Translations under genes and position numbers: made by a program
Shown: piece after piece, positions 1 through 10,655 of the stretch
Layout of the letters: each line of letters begins with the position of its first letter
Position numbering within the stretch: the stretch's first letter is position 1
Assembly (NCBI GenBank): GCA_965226555.1
Contig: CBDDDG010000010.1
Coordinates: 529,921 to 593,920 of the forward strand
Source: Salinispira sp.
GTDB taxonomy: Bacteria > Spirochaetota > Spirochaetia > DSM-27196 > Salinispiraceae
Reading direction: 5' to 3'
DNA length: 64,000 nucleotides
The notes under the pieces: model-generated
The model's database searches: none
Seen by the model: the letters and a program-made list of their open reading frames with translations, nothing else
What the model was told of the DNA's origin: nothing

Positions 1-621
1 ATAGAAGGCCCTCAAAGCATTTTCCCGAGCTGCAAGGAGTCGGATAATTTCAGCTTCACTGCGCCCTTCACGTTCCAGAGTAGCCTGCAAATCTCCAAGT
101 TCACCGATAATCAGTTCATCATACTCGCTTTTTCGGGAATCAATTCTCGTGAGTAAATTTTCACTCAGAGACTGACGCTGTTCTTCAAGACCGGTGAGAC
201 GCTGCTCAAAATTCTGGATTTCCTGCTCTTTTGCGGATATTTGATCCTGAGACTGCTTCTGAAGTTCCCTGAGCAGCTGACCTTCCAGACTTGAAAACTC
301 AATACTTGTTCGAGCAATTGTCGTTGAATCATTCTGGAATGCCCGCCCGAGTAAGAAAATAACAACCGCTACTACAATAAATGCCACAAGATTAACCAAA
401 ACAGGAAACAAAATTCCCGATTTTGCTCCCTTCAGGACAAAGGCATCTTCGGTCAGAGATGCAGTATTTTCTGATGTGATATTTTCTATGCTCTTCAGTA
501 CTTCGCGACGGTCATCTTCGGAAATGCCAATGTCTGAAGATTCCGCAAAAGCATCATCGTGCTGAATATCATTTTTCTGAATATCATCTTCGAGAAGATT
601 CGATGAAGTATCTGCTGCCAT
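1..621 (-). CDS. Hypothetical membrane-anchored coiled-coil protein (runs off the window edge)
   Basis: Manual translation from ATG at 621 (RBS AGGAGGAG): MAADTSSNLLEDD...GILFPVLVNLVAFIVVAVVIFLLG (TM) followed by E/Q/L-rich heptads; open to position 1. Confidence 0.75.
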   Translation of the reverse strand, partial: MAADTSSNLLEDDIQKNDIQHDDAFAESSDIGISEDDRREVLKSIENITSENTASLTEDAFVLKGAKSGILFPVLVNLVAFIVVAVVIFLLGRAFQNDSTTIARTSIEFSSLEGQLLRELQKQSQDQISAKEQEIQNFEQRLTGLEEQRQSLSENLLTRIDSRKSEYDELIIGELGDLQATLEREGRSEAEIIRLLAARENALRAFY

Positions 622-718
622 ACAATTTCTCCTCCTTAAAACGAACACAAACTTTGAACAGAATGTACATAAAGAAATATTAATAGTATAATATGCTAAG
701 ATTATATCTTTGTCTACT

Positions 719-818
719 AGAAATTTTGCATAAAGCAAAAATTTCAGATTCGGAATGCTTTCCATGTGCTTAGCATTCTCCTATTTTATAGAATAGTTTT
801 GCATTTTGCAAAACTTTG
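719..818. repeat. AT-rich palindromic repeat, family A (hairpins A-B-C)
   Basis: GAAATTTTGC..GCAAAAATTTC, GAATGCT..AGCATTC and GTTTTGC..GCAAAAC hairpins, matching 10091-10221 and 31360-31487. Confidence 0.8.
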
Positions 819-1451
819 TTATAGATTGTTATGAGGTATTTATGAACACGCGGATCCACCGCCCTGTTATTTTCCATGTTCGCTTAACAGGAAGCGTTTT
901 TGTTACGACGCTCGCCAGCACATGGTTGATACTGGTGAGAAAATTGACCCCCATGGCAATGCAGCACAACAAACACACAGCGGCGATCTTGTTATGCGTC
1001 CGCACTCTCTTTCGGTAAGATACGACATGCTTAAACTCATCATTCTCTTTTCTCCCGCGCAGCAGGCAATGACAGATGTACATCACTCGTAATTGAACGT
1101 CTCCTTCCCTTCAGTGACCCGCAGCACCAGCACCGGCACACCATGCCATTCGTCGCACTGCCTCAACTGGTAACTCGTTGATCGTTGATAATCATACCCG
1201 CTCGGTTTGGACTGCATCACTATAGAACCCCTGATGTTTTTGCGCGATCAAGGAGCAACCGCTCATGTTTCCGCGGAATCCCGCTTTACCGAAGTTTTGC
1301 ATTCACACAGGTAGAGCCCATGCAATTGCGGCAGGGTATCTCCTTCCCTCAAAAGCATTTTTCAGACCCGCGCAGTTCGTGCCCTCTGCCCTTATCGGTC
1401 TCACAACCTGCACATACGTTCCTGTCTTTGTGTTATGAGGTATACTCCGAT

Positions 1452-2008
1452 ATGAACACGCGGATAATATTTCTGTTTTTCTTTTTGAACGCAACTTTCT
1501 TGTTATTTTCTCAGGAACCGGTCGTTTCCGATCGGTTAAATTGTTGAATCTTTGAATAAAGGTTCGGGCCCGACAACAAGAATATCTGAAAAAAACAGTT
1601 CTGTTTTGCCTGAAACAGCGCTTTTCAGGAAGATCTGGCATCCTGAAACAGCGCGCTTCCCGAGCGGGTACCTTTACTGTTCTGGAACTTCCCGCCAATC
1701 CATTGGAGAAGCTTGAGGAAATCGGTATTATTGTTCCTGCGCAGATACGCTGGCAGCTGAATGAATCTCCCACCTCCGAACAATGGACAAGCGCCGGAGC
1801 ATTTTCATTTCTCGTTACACAGTTGTATGATATTCCCGGGGGAATGTTCTACAGCCTCATGCCAGGCGCGCATTATGCAAGCAAGGAATTACAATACCTC
1901 AATCTTCTTCCATTAGATATGCATCACGGAGAACCAATAAGCGGAACAATGGCAACCAGCATACTTGATCGTGTTGACCTCATGCTCGAAAATGGAGATA
2001 TACGATGA
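1452..2008 (+). pseudogene. Disrupted exported hypothetical protein
   Basis: Signal-peptide ORF MNTRIIFLFFFLNATFLLFSQEP stops at 1547; a plausible C-terminal part (1703-2008) is in another frame and overlaps the next gene start. Confidence 0.45.
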
Positions 2009-3264
2009 TAAAACCTCTGCAGCCAATAAAACCGACAAAGCTGACTCTCTTACTGCTTTTGTCCATATTCTCTCTGAGCGAAGTCCTTGGACAATCCGGC
2101 TTTACCTTTGATTTTGATGGACGCATTCAACTCTCTCCGTATCAGTATGATTATCCTGATGGAAATAAAGTGACCATTGAGATAGCTCCGGATCTTCTGC
2201 TTGAAGGAAGAAATTCCCTCGGACCTGATTCTGAGCTTTTGTATCGCCTCGGGGGAAATCTCCTATACTCCCGATACGATAAATTTCAGGGAAACCTCAG
2301 CGATATCGCCATAGAATTACATATTGGACAAGATCAACCCACCTCCTTCGACCTTATTTTGGGTCGTCAGATTTTCTCTGATCCAATAGGAAACATTCTT
2401 TCCCAGGGACTTGACGGAATTAATGCCACTCTCCTCGTAGACGATACATTCGAAGCGCATGTGGGGGTGGGATACCTCGGTCTTTTTCCCGCAAGCTACA
2501 GCAATGCTCAACTCAGTGATGATGAAGTTGAAAATCCGACCGAATGGGGAAGCGCTCCAGACAGGCTTTTTGTGATTGGAGATGCCAGCTTTTTTCCTGC
2601 TCCGACAGTTTCACTGGGACTCCACGGCGGTCTGCAAATTGATCTGCAGGAAAATGCATCAACGTATGACTACACAAGCTGGTATGTCGGCATCGACAGC
2701 GTTGGGATACTTGTGCCTGACGCGCCGCCTGATCTTGAGTATCGGGCGCAGGTAAGCCTTGGAGCAGGACCCTCCAATGAGGATATGGCAGCTGCGCCGG
2801 GAATTTTCCTGAGTAATTACTGGTCAGTGCTTATTCCGGGAACTTTCAGTACCGGAGAAGTTGAGATTGGAGCAGATTTTGCCAGCGGAGAGGGAGACAT
2901 TGGAGGATTTTCGGCTTTTTCGATTGTACCTCAGGGGGAATTCTTCAGAGGCGGGCTTGATGAGATTTTTTCTCTGAGCTGGCGTGTAGGATGGAACCCC
3001 CTCATTAATCTTGATGATTCGATCTGGCTGAGAAATACCAATATCTACTTAAGCGGTAAACATTTCTGGAATACATCAGAAAGCGCAAGAACCATAAGCA
3101 GGCAGCAGACGGCAGGCGGGGAAGATTTTGGGCATGAACTGAGCATTGGCTTCAGCACTAGTCTGCTATCCGATTTTACGATAGAGGGGATCATCGGCGG
3201 TTTATTCAAAGGAACCGAGGATGTCAGGTGGTTCTCAAAAATAACTCTTTCTTTGTTGTTCTAA
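2005..3264 (+). CDS. Putative outer-membrane beta-barrel protein
   Basis: 419-aa ORF with signal peptide, amphipathic beta-strand pattern and C-terminal Phe. Confidence 0.65.
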   Translation: MIKPLQPIKPTKLTLLLLLSIFSLSEVLGQSGFTFDFDGRIQLSPYQYDYPDGNKVTIEIAPDLLLEGRNSLGPDSELLYRLGGNLLYSRYDKFQGNLSDIAIELHIGQDQPTSFDLILGRQIFSDPIGNILSQGLDGINATLLVDDTFEAHVGVGYLGLFPASYSNAQLSDDEVENPTEWGSAPDRLFVIGDASFFPAPTVSLGLHGGLQIDLQENASTYDYTSWYVGIDSVGILVPDAPPDLEYRAQVSLGAGPSNEDMAAAPGIFLSNYWSVLIPGTFSTGEVEIGADFASGEGDIGGFSAFSIVPQGEFFRGGLDEIFSLSWRVGWNPLINLDDSIWLRNTNIYLSGKHFWNTSESARTISRQQTAGGEDFGHELSIGFSTSLLSDFTIEGIIGGLFKGTEDVRWFSKITLSLLF

Positions 3265-3384
3265 CGTGTTCTCAGTTGATGTTGTCTGTCACCGTCAATG
3301 TTGATCAATCCAAACCCTGCGGAGCAGGAAGCACGGCGGAGAAAAGTTGTCTGTCAATGTTGTTCTTCATCAATCCAAAAATAA

Positions 3385-4656
3385 TTAAAAACTGAAACGA
3401 ACACCAAGATTAAAATTTCTGAGGTCAAAGGCGAGTGTTTCATCGGCAAAGATAAAACCGGGAATTTCATTATCGGAAAACAGGTAATTCAGAAACGAAG
3501 CGGCTTTAAATTCAGTGAGATCGGTGGAAATAAACATAACTGGATTATACTCGGCATAAAAACGCAGGAAGCGATCCGGGAGTGAAATTTCCGCTCCCAA
3601 GGTAAGTGAGATTTCCGCCGGAGTAATTTCGTCAATAAATTTTCCTTCGCTATGATCCAAACGCAGCCCAGCTCCGAGAGCAAGATAGGGTCTGAGCAGG
3701 TTTATTTTATCCAAAAAATAAAAACCGCCATCTAAGCGTATAACCGATAAGGGATTTGTGCGGAGGATATCCGGACTGTTGCTGATCAAATAAAGACCAA
3801 AGGCATAGGTCTTAAATCCCAATTTAAAGAATACATCGGCGGGAACGGGAAACCATGCGACATTTACTCCGAAAAATTGAAAATTGTTTAATAAAATATC
3901 GAGATTCCACCGAATTGTCGACTTCTGTTCAAGTTCCAGAGTGGTTTCGTTAAACCCCAAATACAGTTCATTTTCAATGGGATAATGGCCATTGATAACG
4001 GCGCGGTAACTATATATGGCAGGATTCGGAAGATCCAGCGCGGTTGCACCGGTTTCATCTATGAGAATATCTTCGGATGTGAGCCCCGATATTGTTGTTC
4101 CCGGCAGGGCATTTATGGTAAGTTTTTCTTCGTTAACAAGATAAAAGAAATTTTCTTTGATTACCTCAACAAGACCTTCCCAGATGATACCGCGGGAGAG
4201 GGCTTTGAAATCGAGCCGAAGGCCTGTTTCAATAGTGGTTTCACCAAATTTTATGAGTTTCAGCAGATCAAAGGTTTCATAATAATAGCTAACATTATTC
4301 AAATCGCCCTGTACCTGAACAAATACCCAACTGTCGGCATCTGTTTGCCGGATCAGTTCCTGCTTTCCTTCAAAGGTCGGCGGTATCTCGTCTTCTTCAG
4401 ATTCTAGGATAACCACCTCGGGAGTTGAACCAAATATCTGAGTAAGAACAGAATTATATATAAAAAATTTATTAAATTCAGAAAAGTTTTCAGGGGCTTC
4501 AAAAAGAAAAACCATACGGCGGGGGCGGGTAAAATCGATCTGTTCAATGACTTCGGTCTCGGAATCGCTTACTTCTTCGGAGGCTCCGCCCGCGTGGACA
4601 GCAGCCGAAAGCAGAGACAAAATACATACAATACCGAGAACACACTGTTTCTTCAC
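3385..4656 (-). CDS. Exported protein with C-terminal beta-barrel-like region
   Basis: GTG start at 4656 with GGGGAGA RBS, signal peptide, ends NLGVRFSF; similar architecture to 5898-7142. Confidence 0.65.
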   Translation of the reverse strand: MKKQCVLGIVCILSLLSAAVHAGGASEEVSDSETEVIEQIDFTRPRRMVFLFEAPENFSEFNKFFIYNSVLTQIFGSTPEVVILESEEDEIPPTFEGKQELIRQTDADSWVFVQVQGDLNNVSYYYETFDLLKLIKFGETTIETGLRLDFKALSRGIIWEGLVEVIKENFFYLVNEEKLTINALPGTTISGLTSEDILIDETGATALDLPNPAIYSYRAVINGHYPIENELYLGFNETTLELEQKSTIRWNLDILLNNFQFFGVNVAWFPVPADVFFKLGFKTYAFGLYLISNSPDILRTNPLSVIRLDGGFYFLDKINLLRPYLALGAGLRLDHSEGKFIDEITPAEISLTLGAEISLPDRFLRFYAEYNPVMFISTDLTEFKAASFLNYLFSDNEIPGFIFADETLAFDLRNFNLGVRFSF

Positions 4657-4667
4657 TATCTCTCCCC

Positions 4668-5894
4668 TCACCACCATGTATTCATTACCTGAATTTTCAA
4701 AGTTTCAGGATCAAGTCGGTACATAGTGTCCCCACTGGGGCTGAATGTGTACAGAATATTTGAGCGGGCCTCCGTCCGGGTCTCATCAAGTAATGTACCA
4801 TTGAGATCATATCGCTTCAATTTTCCTGTAGGCTCATATACGATAATATTTTCATTCGTGTAGGAAAAGCGGAACGATTTATCGGTTGCGGAAAGATCAA
4901 TTGGCTTAGTATTTCTTTGGTTGCCCGATTGAATACTATCGGGCTGGTATTCTGTTTCATAAGCAATTGCAATTATCTGAGTATTACTGAGTTCCCAGAG
5001 ATGGAGCATGTTGTCTGCCAGATTGTGCAAAAGAAAAAGCGCACCGTCATTAGTTTGAATAATGCCATCAAGCTCATACCCTCGATTATCCTCACTGGCT
5101 TCAGGAGGATCCTTAACAATGTCTATCGTCTTAAGGCCGCCATCACCGTGGGGTTGCAAAGTTCCAGATGGATCAATTTCCTCCTTATACGCAGAGAGAG
5201 AAAGCTGAAAATAGCCTATCGACTCACCTTCAGCCGTTCTGTCGGAAGCTTCACCTACTCCAAAAATATACACGCCGTCTTGGGGAGTTGATGAGAAAAC
5301 AACGGAAAAACCGCCAAGAAGACCATGAGCAACAGTTCCAGCGAACTCCTTGGTCTTTCTGTCAATAGTAACTGAACCAGCAAGAAAAATTGGTTTAGTT
5401 GTATTCTCGCTCTCATCTACATTCTCGCTCTCATCTACATTCTCGCCCTCATCTATAATCTCAACATCAAGGGACGCAAACGGAAGTCCGAATGAACTCT
5501 GAAAATTGAATTCGGGTAGTATTTGCAGATACCACATAAGCTCTCCAGATTTGTTGAGCATCATCAGAATTTGCCTGCCTGCTCCCGGAGACGGACTGAC
5601 GAGAAAAACCACATTCTCCTCATCATTATTCTCCTCATTTTTGTAGATGATGGGCAGGAGCTGATACCGTGTATTTGTTGAATTCGCGATGCCGGAATCA
5701 ATATCAATGATGCGTTGAGCATATGCATGCTCTCTAGTTATGCCTCCCAGATAATTGGGGAAGGGACTACTTTCAAAGAGTTCACAACTGCCAATAAGTA
5801 TAATAATAGCGCAACTACATAGGAGAAAGTTTTGCATTGGAAAATTGTGCAAGCACAATTTCCAGGAGCAAAAGTTTCTCAGTATTTTATTCAT
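4668..5894 (-). CDS. Hypothetical lipoprotein
   Basis: Lipobox-like IIILIGSC; start 3 nt after the upstream stop; contains an 18-bp x3 repeat (ENVDES) and a family-A hairpin in the signal region. Confidence 0.7.
   Translation of the reverse strand: MNKILRNFCSWKLCLHNFPMQNFLLCSCAIIILIGSCELFESSPFPNYLGGITREHAYAQRIIDIDSGIANSTNTRYQLLPIIYKNEENNDEENVVFLVSPSPGAGRQILMMLNKSGELMWYLQILPEFNFQSSFGLPFASLDVEIIDEGENVDESENVDESENTTKPIFLAGSVTIDRKTKEFAGTVAHGLLGGFSVVFSSTPQDGVYIFGVGEASDRTAEGESIGYFQLSLSAYKEEIDPSGTLQPHGDGGLKTIDIVKDPPEASEDNRGYELDGIIQTNDGALFLLHNLADNMLHLWELSNTQIIAIAYETEYQPDSIQSGNQRNTKPIDLSATDKSFRFSYTNENIIVYEPTGKLKRYDLNGTLLDETRTEARSNILYTFSPSGDTMYRLDPETLKIQVMNTWW
5823..5880. repeat. Family A hairpin in frame within a lipoprotein signal sequence
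   Basis: GAGAAAGTTTTGCATTGGAAAATTGTGC-AA-GCACAATTTCCAGGAGCAAAAGTTTCTC. Confidence 0.8.
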
Positions 5895-5897
5895 ATT

Positions 5898-7142
5898 TCA
5901 CCACTGTACCTGAACTCCAAAACTGATGGGCGGGATGCCAATAGGAGTGAATATCCAGTTACGGCCAAGTAACTGATTTCCAATACCAAGAGCATACTTT
6001 AACTCACCTCGGGCAAAAATCTGAAAAAAATCAAGATTAAGCTCAAGCGTGAGGTTTCCCAAACTGACATAGACATCGTTAAAGTCTTTTATTGAGTGTA
6101 GGTTCTCTGAAAGCGATGTTTTGACAACACCCAGTCCGACACCAATGCTCATGCGGAGAAGCGACTCGGGAGGAAAAAATACGTACTGTCCGATGTAAAA
6201 TGAGAAGTCGGTATTTACATTGGAACTTGTGTAGCCGGAACCGGAGGGTTTATATGCAGAGGAATATGTGGCATCATGCAGATGCATGCCAAGGTATGCA
6301 AAGGTTTCATCGGGAAGCAGATACATTTTCAGACCGAAGCCGATTCCCTGCGCTAATCCGAGGGTCCAATACGATTGAAGGGCAAAGCGTTTCTGCGACC
6401 AGAGCTTTTCAAGGTCGATGTTTACATTTTTTTCATCCATGATCACATCAAAGCTGCGGGAATGATATCCCTCTTTTCGTAATTCCATTACCACAGTATC
6501 GTTAACTCTGAAGGGTGTATAGGGAACGAGAATGTCGCCCTCTGAAATGGTACCGACATCCTGACCGGCAAAGAAAACCTGCACTCCCTCCTGTTCTCCG
6601 GTAATAGATATTTCGTTAACCCTGTTTAAAAATGGGCTATATTCATAGCGATTACTCAGATATTCGCGCACCGATTCACCAAGCACGAGAACGGCATCAT
6701 TTATTGTCGTAAAAAAGGTCGCTCCGGTACGGGCACGGGTAAATGCGCCTCGTATTCCGGTATCTGTTAAGGCATCGTACAGATTGTACTGAATAAATAT
6801 ATTTGATCCGTCAACGGAATAAAAGATGGCAATGATAAAACCGGCGCCTTCGGCATCAATTTCCGTGAAGAAATCATTAAGACGGATAGCATTTCCCTCA
6901 CCACTGTCCACGGTATTTCTCTGATAGGTAATAAGCGGATCAGAAACCAGCGGCAGACCAAGAATCGCAACCTCTTCAACAACCCTGTTCACAAGCGGAA
7001 GGGTAACGTCATCGCCGGCCGGTTCATCTGAAAGATCGACAAAATATAAAAGCACAGAATCACCATCTTCCTGAGCTGTTACGAGCTGTGTAATGTGTAT
7101 AAGGAGCATAGCGATTATATAGACACGCGCATGTTTCATCAT
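5898..7142 (-). CDS. Exported protein, PEGA-like middle region and C-terminal beta-barrel-like region
   Basis: Signal peptide, 'ELRKEGYHSRSF' PEGA-like motif, ends FGVQVQW. Confidence 0.6.
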   Translation of the reverse strand: MMKHARVYIIAMLLIHITQLVTAQEDGDSVLLYFVDLSDEPAGDDVTLPLVNRVVEEVAILGLPLVSDPLITYQRNTVDSGEGNAIRLNDFFTEIDAEGAGFIIAIFYSVDGSNIFIQYNLYDALTDTGIRGAFTRARTGATFFTTINDAVLVLGESVREYLSNRYEYSPFLNRVNEISITGEQEGVQVFFAGQDVGTISEGDILVPYTPFRVNDTVVMELRKEGYHSRSFDVIMDEKNVNIDLEKLWSQKRFALQSYWTLGLAQGIGFGLKMYLLPDETFAYLGMHLHDATYSSAYKPSGSGYTSSNVNTDFSFYIGQYVFFPPESLLRMSIGVGLGVVKTSLSENLHSIKDFNDVYVSLGNLTLELNLDFFQIFARGELKYALGIGNQLLGRNWIFTPIGIPPISFGVQVQW

Positions 7143-8830
7143 TTTGATGTCATTACCTCAACACCATTCCAGTCTGGAGGAGGGGGATTTTGTATACAGT
7201 TCTTACTGTCCTTAATCATCTTGTCGATAAGATAATCTTTACCGCCTGTTTGTTTATGTAATTCAGTAAAGCGCTTATAGGCATCTTCGAATTGACGGCT
7301 GTAAAACTGGAGCATCGCCCTATTATGTTCATTCCATACATTCCTGAGATTCTCAGGCGAGTCCTTCTTGGCTACGGTGTAGATACCGAGACCCTCTTTC
7401 TTACCCTTAACGGCAACCTTTCCGACAATGCGGCAGAGAACATCCTTCCTCACCTGCTTGTACAAAGGCTCCGCAATGAGAACTTCCTGCCGAAAATACT
7501 TGGTTAAGCCCTCAAGACGGGAGGCAACGTTTACGGTATCGCCGATTACCGTGTAGTCAAGCTTCTTGTCGGTACCAATGTTGCCAACCGTTACCGGTCC
7601 GTAGTTTATTCCAACGCCGATACGAAACTCAGGAATGTTTTTTTGCCTCTGCTCAGCATTGAATTTGCCAACCGCTTCAATCATTTCTATACCGGTAAGA
7701 ACAGCCTGTAAGGCATCATCATCGCGCTGAACGGGAGCGCCGAAGAAAGCCATGATGGCATCGCCGATATACTTATCGATAACACCATTTCGGTTCATTA
7801 TTATATCGACCATATACTGAAAATAGCGGTTGAGATTGTTCACGAGCTCATCCGGTTTCATGTTTTCTGAAATGGATGTGAAACTTCGGATATCCGAAAA
7901 AAGCACGGACAGAGTTCTGTTTTGTCCGACGAGCATGGATTCAGGACTGGCAAAGAATTGGTTAATCAATTCCTGAGGAACATATTTCTGGAAAATATTA
8001 CGGATCTTGCTTTCTTTTTTCTGAGCAACGGCAGCATCAAAGGCATATCTCTTTATACGTCCATAGGCGCTGTCAAGTTCCCTGATCATCACATTAAAGG
8101 TATTGGAGAGTTGACCAATTTCATCCCTGAACTGGATGGGCACTTGGGCGCTGAAATTATTGGTAGTGATAATTTTCTTCATTACCTCCCCTACCTCACG
8201 AAGAGGCCTGGTAATGAAGCCGGTAAAGAGAAGCAGAAGGATAACCATAATGACTGAACTGATAACTACCAGAAGGGCTGTTTGAATTGTAATCCGATAA
8301 ATATCCTGAAAGAATATATCTCTGCTCTCGGAAAGCAGCACATACCAAGAGAAGGGCGCAAATGAGAACCCCATTGTTACCCGTTCTTCACCGTCAATAA
8401 CCGCGTCGAGGAATTGCCTGTTGTCGGCTTCAGCTCTGGCGAGAAGGGGCGCTGTTTCGTTTTCCTGAAGCATAAATGGCAGAGCGGGATCGGCGAGAGA
8501 ATTTTCCGCGGTTCCAAGTACCACCTTTCCTTCCGCATCCATTACGAAAATGATTTCTGTTTCGCTGCGGAGAATGCTCTCTGCGTAAAGCTCTATGCTT
8601 CCTTCCAGCGCCTGTATCATTTCCGGCTGACCCGCAAGATCATTGTCGACGAGAAGACGCCATTGGCTTTCAATATATTTTTCAAGTTCATTGACCTTGA
8701 ACTCAAAAAACTCCACTGCTACTCTGGTAATACCGGTGCTCGCGCTGTAAAATGATGCAACTCCGCCAATAATCAATCCGACTACCATAAGCGGAAGCAC
8801 AACGAGCACAAATTTAAGCCTAATACTCAT
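7139..8830 (-). CDS. Membrane class III adenylate/guanylate cyclase with HAMP domain
   Basis: Two TM helices, HAMP (DEIGQLSNTFN), cyclase motifs LFSDIRSFT, DKYIGDAIMA, YTVIGDTVNVASRLE. Confidence 0.95.
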   Translation of the reverse strand: MSIRLKFVLVVLPLMVVGLIIGGVASFYSASTGITRVAVEFFEFKVNELEKYIESQWRLLVDNDLAGQPEMIQALEGSIELYAESILRSETEIIFVMDAEGKVVLGTAENSLADPALPFMLQENETAPLLARAEADNRQFLDAVIDGEERVTMGFSFAPFSWYVLLSESRDIFFQDIYRITIQTALLVVISSVIMVILLLLFTGFITRPLREVGEVMKKIITTNNFSAQVPIQFRDEIGQLSNTFNVMIRELDSAYGRIKRYAFDAAVAQKKESKIRNIFQKYVPQELINQFFASPESMLVGQNRTLSVLFSDIRSFTSISENMKPDELVNNLNRYFQYMVDIIMNRNGVIDKYIGDAIMAFFGAPVQRDDDALQAVLTGIEMIEAVGKFNAEQRQKNIPEFRIGVGINYGPVTVGNIGTDKKLDYTVIGDTVNVASRLEGLTKYFRQEVLIAEPLYKQVRKDVLCRIVGKVAVKGKKEGLGIYTVAKKDSPENLRNVWNEHNRAMLQFYSRQFEDAYKRFTELHKQTGGKDYLIDKMIKDSKNCIQNPPPPDWNGVEVMTSK

Positions 8831-9603
8831 AATATTCCTTCTACTTTCCTGCCAATTTTCTATTCTATCAGAAATTTTTGCCTAAAGCAAAAGTTCTTTA
8901 TAATACACTATTAATAATGTGTATACTACCTGAAACTTTATCAATGCAAAACTTTCTACCTGACATATATATCTGGAGACCATTGCATAATCCATGGTTT
9001 TATTGATGTAGGGAAGGATGATAAAAAATTTGAGATAAAGTGATGGGATGATGCGGGAAAAACGGGGTGATAACACCATCTGAGTGCCTGCAAAGGATCG
9101 CATTTCGCTCATTTTCGACCGTTTCTCCGCTGGTTTTCGTCTTTCGGGCGTCTGTTGCCGGTCGGCTTCTGCCGTTTGTCCCGAATGCGGTCGCTAAGCC
9201 GCCCATTTTCCCTGTTTCTGCAATTCCAAAATCTTCGGTACCCGTTTCAAATTATACGCAATAGCAGACAACAGATGCTGCGTATGCGCTTTTGTTATTC
9301 CGACATAGCGGGTTCTCCCCCCGCCAAACCATTGGTGCATTCCTCCGAATGTGCGTTCTATTTTGTACCGTCCGCGCTGTATCTCTTTGTTCCTCAGTTT
9401 CTGCTCCGCGGTCAATTGCTTCTTCTTCTCACCCTTCTTCGCTCTGGCTACCTTCCACATAATGCCGTCTTTCAGCTTTCTCTTCTTCAGCGCCGCTCGG
9501 TTCTTCGTGCTTGTATATCCTTTGTCCGCCTGCACTTCTACGTTCTCATCCAATTGCCCCTTATCGAGTAGCGTTTCAAACACCGTACTGTCATGGACAT
9601 TCG

Positions 9604-9651
9604 CCGGGGCTGGTCGGAGGCTGCGCCTCCTGCTCGCCCATGCGTCCGGGG
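9604..9651. repeat. GC-rich 42-bp repeat (family B) inserted in frame in the transposase
   Basis: Adds DAWASRRRSLRPAP inside the conserved TPANVHD motif; flanked by CCGGGG direct repeats; same sequence at 32383 and 32557, near-identical at 62281. Confidence 0.85.
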
Positions 9652-10090
9652 TGGTCTCGACCGCTACCATAAGCCCATTGTCATCGGCAAGACAATGCTT
9701 CTTCGCTCCAAAATGAAATTCCCCATTCTTTTTCGTCCACCTCATATCGGTATCTACTCTGTCCGCAAACTTCTCCGGTTCCCGCTCTAAGGATTTATTA
9801 TCCGATTGAGCGCATTCATCACTGTCTGTGCGATCAACGATCCCGCGGGGTTTTCTCGGACTTCTGGTAATGCTCGCATCAACTTTAACCGCTTTCTTAA
9901 TCATAATCCCCCGCGTTTCAAGCTGTCGGTTTATTTCATTAAGCAGTCGGTCAAAGATTCCCGCTTTCGTCATGGCTGTGCGAAAACGGCTGAGAACACT
10001 GTGATCCGGCACATCATCTTCCACAATAAGACCGCAGAAATTCGATGCTCCCATGCTGTCATTCACCATATCTTCCACACCATAATCGCT

Positions 10091-10221
10091 ACAAAACTTT
10101 TGCTTTGGAAAATTGTGCTTGCACAATTTCCAATAGCAAAAGTTTCAGATTCGAAATGCTTTCTCTGTGCTTAGCATTCTCCTATGCTATAGAAAGTTTT
10201 GCCTGAGGCAAAACTTCTATT
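10091..10221. mobile_element. Family A 131-bp triple-hairpin element interrupting the transposase
   Basis: Precise removal restores ...CTC AGC GAT TAT (L-S-D-Y); three internal hairpins. Confidence 0.85.
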
Positions 10222-10655
10222 GAGATCATTCCACATTCCCAATAGAAGCATTTTGAACAGCAGCAGGCCAGGGTAGGCAGCCCTGCCGACCGCGCTGCTT
10301 CCTCGGGTATCGTGTTCTGTAATAATTTCCTCAATGGGCTTCCAGTCGATAATCTGGTCAATTTTCCGATAGAAGGTGTTTTTCCGTGTACGTCTTTCCA
10401 TACTGTCTGCGACAAATGACATAGTGTGCTCCTGAGATTTGATCATGGTAAGGATCATAACATATATATGAGGACTGATTACAGCCAGAAAGCAAAAAAT
10501 CGAAAGAAAAATTCAAAAAAGTTCATATGGGATGTTGACACTCTGGATAAATGAACGGTACTATAATATCACCGATGAGACTGTTGCCATGCAATGATCT
10601 CATCTGGTTAATTACCCATACAGATAATTGCATACCACGTTTAGCCCAAGCCTCT

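Larger units (their letters stand above)
9194..10422 (-). pseudogene. IS5-family DDE transposase split by a repeat insertion
   Basis: N-part LLFKMLLLGMWNDL joins C-part SDYGVEDMVND...PDHSVLSRFR...VDAS...ADKGY...IERTFG once 10091-10221 is removed. Confidence 0.9.
8976..10601 (-). mobile_element. IS5-family insertion sequence (inactivated)
   Basis: IRs GAGACCATTGCAT / ATGCAATGATCTC (12 of 13 match); 5-bp direct repeat ATCTG at 8971-8975 and 10602-10606. Confidence 0.85.
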
